A DNA stretch of 64,000 bases from Nitrosopumilus sp. (GTDB lineage Archaea; Thermoproteota; Nitrososphaeria; Nitrososphaerales; Nitrosopumilaceae), in contig OZ244651.1 of the NCBI GenBank assembly GCA_965218695.1, positions 2,272,001 through 2,336,000 on the forward strand, read 5' to 3'. The stretch's first letter is position 1; every line of letters starts with the position of its first letter. The notes beneath the pieces were generated by a model, which saw only the letters and a program-made list of their open reading frames with translations, was not told the origin of the DNA and searched no databases. This document shows positions 59,918-64,000 of the stretch, piece by piece. The position numbers and the translations under genes are program-made.

Positions 59918-60371
59918 TTCGAATATTACCATACATAATGCCAGATTGGAAGCATCGTCTGCCCACATTCTTTGATCCGAGCATGAGTAGAATCAAGATC
60001 GTGCCTGTCAAGGTGCCCATCAGTATCACCCTAAGGCAGCCAAAATGGTAGATTCACACGCGGGCAAGCCGGGGTTGGCGCGTAACTCGGATCCATCTTG
60101 CTCATGCCATGCCTCCTGTAGTGCCTTTGCCGGTACAGTCTGAATGTGCCTGGGCTTCCGTGGCGTGATCCCAGATGGCCTGTCGCCCCACAAAGTCTAC
60201 GCATATTTCAGATCCGATTCAAGTCCGCAGCAGGTACCGTCGTCATACATCATCAGACTACAGGCAAGGTCAATCTTTTCCTCGGAGTAGGCCAAAGACA
60301 CCCTAGCCACACATATTAAAAAACCAGAACAGGGACAAACCTTTAACATTCATTTCCTAGCGATTAGCCAT

Positions 60372-60563
60372 ATGAGTACAAATACTGAGGCGATTACTAA
60401 AAGGCTGGATGTAATAATCTATTTGCTCTTGAAGCAAAACACCCAAGAGAAGAGCACGCCTAAATCAGAAATGATTACCGAACTACGTGAGATGGGACTT
60501 GACCTAGACGTCGTAAAATTCTTTGAAGACACCGGCAGGAAGATACGATGGGGGCACCAATAA
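60372..60563 (+). CDS. Small hypothetical protein (possibly truncated)
   Basis: ATG ~24 nt after a TTTAA box; helical ITKRLDVIIYLLL segment. Confidence 0.45.
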   Translation: MSTNTEAITKRLDVIIYLLLKQNTQEKSTPKSEMITELREMGLDLDVVKFFEDTGRKIRWGHQ

Positions 60564-60788
60564 CACATCAGAGTTAAGAAAAACTCATTTTCTCATTTTT
60601 ACAACTACAGTCAGGATTATACTTTGCGGCATGCTGACAACAACAGTAGGCGGCATGGCCTTTGATTCCAACTGCCGATGATGCGTCCAGAAAACGCGCC
60701 TGATTGACACGTCTGGACAGTCATGAGGAGGACATGACAATCGCTTCACATGGTTGTAGGCAGAACGGTGAGGCTGGACTAGATGGCA

Positions 60789-62220
60789 TGTGGGATCCCG
60801 AAAGTAGTTCGCCCCCCTCCAAGACTTGGAGGTACTTCCATGTTTGATGTTGCCGGCTGTTGCATAATTGTCTTGTGTTGGATCCTGCGTCCGGAATCAT
60901 GAATTTTTGTCATTTCCACTCCACGCATGGCGACTTTCAAAAAATTGTGCGCAACATCCCCCAGGATGGGGCGCGGTTGTGACGTCGTGCCGGACAGCTA
61001 TTCTGCGCGGTATTCCTCACCGGTCTGGCCGTCCACTACCATCTCTCCTGCAGGGGGCATCTTTCTTTCGAATGCCTGCGCCGGGGTCTCGAGGTTGTCC
61101 CAGTCAAGGGACATGTGCGGCCGGTCGTGGTTGTACCACTCCATGAACCGCTCCACGGGATCCTTTGCTGGCGCGGTGCAAAACGGCCCTCCAACGTGGG
61201 AATCCCCTGAGGCGCCGCGCCTGGTCTTGGCAGAAGATGCCGCCTCGAACCGGCGCAGCTTGCGCTGCATCTCCCCGTGCAGGCGCTCCAGCTTGCCGTT
61301 GGTTTGGGGGTGCCGCACGCGCGCCAGTATGTGCCTGATTCCAAGCTCGACTAGCCTCTGCTCGAACCTGGAGGCTCCCTTCTTCTTGACCTCGGATTCC
61401 GTGGCATAGAACTGGGCGCCGCGGTCAGTCAGGATCGATGCGGGCTTGCCGTAATTTTTTATGGCCTCGTCGAGCACCTTCAGGGCGTTTTCGGTTGTCG
61501 CCTCCTCAAATACCCCAAATCCGGTCACGAAGCGCGAGGCGTCGTCTTCATAGCACAGGAACCACCTGCCGTCGTCAAGCTGTTTGTAGTCTGTGTGCCA
61601 CATCGAGTTGGAGTGCTCGCGCTCGTAGCGGATCCACTTGCGGCGCTGGCTCTTCCTTGGCTGGGTGTCTGCAAAATCGGCATCCTTCAATATCCTGTGC
61701 AGGACGTTGTGTGGGATATGTATTCCTGTAAGCGACTTTATGATGCGCTCCAGGGACGCTGCCCCGTGGACTGCAGTGGACGCAGCCGATAAAACCGCCG
61801 AATGATCCCGCCTCCCGGGCGCGCACTTTTTGGGCCTGCCCATGGGAGCAGGATACGCGATCCGATCCTTGTCCCTGTACCTCTTCCACAGCTTTTGGAC
61901 CCAGCGGACCGACACTCCCATGCTTGCTGCAATCTCTTTGTTGCGGGAATTCTTGCGCTTTTCTTGTATGATCCATTCGACTTTGGACTGGTCAAGCTTT
62001 TTCATCACTCGCACTCTCCGTCTTCCTATATGACGCCACACGGCCGAGCGTCTCCACCGACGGGAAACCCACACACCGTCGTTTCTGGTAAGGGACAGGC
62101 TGACTGCATTTCCCAGTAATCTTGCACGCGATGCCATGCCGCGGATAATGTCCTTCATTGGGCATGTCCACCCCGGGCCGGAGCCTCATGTGGGGGGTGA
62201 ACAACTTTCGGGACTATACA
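60789..62220 (-). mobile_element. IS481-family element type B, copy 3 (1432 bp)
   Basis: Same ends, inverted; perfect 15-bp TSD CTGGACTAGATGGCA. Confidence 0.95.
60998..62005 (-). CDS. IS481-family transposase
   Basis: Protein identical to copies 1 and 2. Confidence 0.93.
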   Translation of the reverse strand: MKKLDQSKVEWIIQEKRKNSRNKEIAASMGVSVRWVQKLWKRYRDKDRIAYPAPMGRPKKCAPGRRDHSAVLSAASTAVHGAASLERIIKSLTGIHIPHNVLHRILKDADFADTQPRKSQRRKWIRYEREHSNSMWHTDYKQLDDGRWFLCYEDDASRFVTGFGVFEEATTENALKVLDEAIKNYGKPASILTDRGAQFYATESEVKKKGASRFEQRLVELGIRHILARVRHPQTNGKLERLHGEMQRKLRRFEAASSAKTRRGASGDSHVGGPFCTAPAKDPVERFMEWYNHDRPHMSLDWDNLETPAQAFERKMPPAGEMVVDGQTGEEYRAE

Positions 62221-62247
62221 CTGGACTAGATGGCAAACAAGAGTTAA

Positions 62248-62433
62248 ATGAAACATTGCGCATTCCTGAACAGAGTCAAGGGAATGAAACGTGAAAAGGG
62301 GATTCCAAGCAAGGATGATCCAAGCAAGGATTATCCAAAGAAGAAGAAAACGCCGGGAAAGTTTTGGAAGATCTACGGGGCTGTTTTTGTCATAGGAGCC
62401 GTAATTTTCTTCCTGTTGGGCTGGGTACTGTAA
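62248..62433 (+). CDS. Small protein with C-terminal TM helix
   Basis: Basic N-terminus followed by a single hydrophobic helix. Confidence 0.45.
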   Translation: MKHCAFLNRVKGMKREKGIPSKDDPSKDYPKKKKTPGKFWKIYGAVFVIGAVIFFLLGWVL

Positions 62434-62757
62434 ATTGGAAGAACGCGCATGGCAGTAATTCGTAAAATCGGCTGACCTGATATGGCGGCCTGCAGGATCC
62501 CAACGGGGTTTGGCCGTCGAACACAACATGGAACATGAATCATGCGTCCATCACCCCTGATCAAAATGCCACAGTTGGATGCAGATGCCGTACACAGCCT
62601 ATCTTGACACGTTTCGCGCGTGTCTGACAATAACGAGAAATCCCGGTAGCATGTGATTGGTCCTGTCCGGGTGGTGGTGGTGGTGCTGCTGCCATGCACG
62701 ACTAGCCCGTTTTTACCGGCAAAATAATTTTTTAAATACTAAACGTGGGTACCTTCT

Positions 62758-63630
62758 TTGGGATTGGAATATGACATTTTGAAGAGGCAGGAGGATGTTG
62801 ATGTCTTATGGAGCGGCACGGTGAAGATGAGTCAAAGCTTTGTTGATTGCATGTCTGAGCCAGTTGTGCGGGACGATCTGAAAATTTATACAATCTCTGA
62901 CCACATATTTGGCAGGGGGGACAACGCCCAGCTTGACAATCCCGGATTAGCCAAGGATTTTCCAAACGAGGTAACAGTAGTTCTCAAGGGGAATAAGATC
63001 ATGGAGGTCATGAGATGCTCCGTGTTCACAAGACAGGAATACTTTGAATCGGGCGGAGGATTCATGCTAAAATCTGTTAAAAGAAGAAGAACAGTCATCA
63101 AGGGGTTCTTCTTGGAACCGTCAACGCATGCGGGCGTATCAGAGCATGCGTACCTGTCCGTATTCCAGTTTGATAACAAGAACTCAGGCAACCAGATAGC
63201 CATCCAATTTGACTCAGTAGAGTCAAAACCATCCCTGGTTGTAGAAAAATTAGGCTGCGTTGCCCTTGCCTCGGGTTCCCAAGGAACCAACATCACCTTC
63301 TCAAAGGATCCCCACAAATCTGTGACTATTTTCTATGTGGCAACAGACCAAAAACCATTCATTGCAAAACTGGAGACACACCAGGGCAAAAGTAAGACTA
63401 TTTGTAGAAGCGATGGAGCCAAAACAAAGGAGATCGAGATCCTAGATCCCACACAAAACATGAGTCCAGAGATGTATCAGTCGGTGTATGCGTCTGCGCT
63501 TGAGGAGCCGCTGAAAATCCTCAACACCAGGCTTGCCAAGGGAGAGATTACGATTTATGAGTATGAAAACCTTCGAAAAGTAATGGAGACCAAAGCAGGT
63601 CAGGTATCATCCACCAATTGGTGGGTATAG
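62758..63630 (+). CDS. Hypothetical protein with C-terminal SHOCT-like domain
   Basis: PLKILNTRLAKGEITIYEYENLRK. Confidence 0.7.
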   Translation: MGLEYDILKRQEDVDVLWSGTVKMSQSFVDCMSEPVVRDDLKIYTISDHIFGRGDNAQLDNPGLAKDFPNEVTVVLKGNKIMEVMRCSVFTRQEYFESGGGFMLKSVKRRRTVIKGFFLEPSTHAGVSEHAYLSVFQFDNKNSGNQIAIQFDSVESKPSLVVEKLGCVALASGSQGTNITFSKDPHKSVTIFYVATDQKPFIAKLETHQGKSKTICRSDGAKTKEIEILDPTQNMSPEMYQSVYASALEEPLKILNTRLAKGEITIYEYENLRKVMETKAGQVSSTNWWV

Positions 63631-63741
63631 ATGACCAAAATATTCCCAACCAGGGCATGAAATAATTCAGACTGCAGTTTTTCCAATTTGCAATGGTGTC
63701 TTAATAAAAAAATGTGTGTTTTAAAAAAAAAGAAGGGTGGG

Positions 63742-64000
63742 CTAGGTTGCTGGAACCTTGTACCATGGTTTTCTTGGCATCAGGCCCCACTTTACAATCA
63801 GCGCAGTGGCAACGAAGTAGACTGTGATCCCGATGGGTACTGTCCAGCCCGGATCGTTTGTCCCGGGAAGTACTCCCAGGGCAGGTTCAACTCCGTAGAC
63901 AAATATCAGGCCGGCCATCAGGGGTGCCATTGCAACAAAGAAGATCATAAGAGACCATGTGTCTCTGATTGCTCTTACCAAATCTTTGTATGTCCCATGT
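63742..64000 (-). CDS. Small membrane protein (5' end may lie beyond the window)
   Basis: Two TM helices. Confidence 0.5.
   Translation of the reverse strand, partial: HGTYKDLVRAIRDTWSLMIFFVAMAPLMAGLIFVYGVEPALGVLPGTNDPGWTVPIGITVYFVATALIVKWGLMPRKPWYKVPAT

Overview
Archaeal DNA from a member of the Nitrosopumilaceae (Thaumarchaeota/Nitrososphaerota). The DUF285 surface protein, heavy IS load and pseudogenes suggest a host-associated, e.g. sponge-symbiont, lineage (inference). The backbone is housekeeping: map, tRNA-Pro, tsr3, S8 protease, ABC transporter parts, PINA, TldD, udg, mpg, aspS, ilvB-ilvN-leuA-leuB, aldolase, atpF, carA-carB. It is interrupted by IS481, ISH3-like, IS5, IS110, IS630 and tnpB elements. 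Three things stand out. (1) carB carries a 21-nt insert with an in-frame stop that folds as an archaeal bulge-helix-bulge; canonical cleavage restores GEFDYSG exactly, so it is a candidate tRNA-type intron in an mRNA. (2) A 5.9-kb nest (43662-49533): an IS5-family element whose two 43-bp TIRs are each split by an RNA-guided element. One is a TnpB cassette whose predicted guide is the TIR itself. The other is an IS110 element whose upstream bridge-RNA-like structure carries guides matching the TIR; it was later hit by IS481. (3) A leaderless 16-codon Leu/Val-rich uORF precedes the ilv-leu operon and looks like an archaeal attenuator peptide. All product calls come from motif recognition by eye; no database searches were run.
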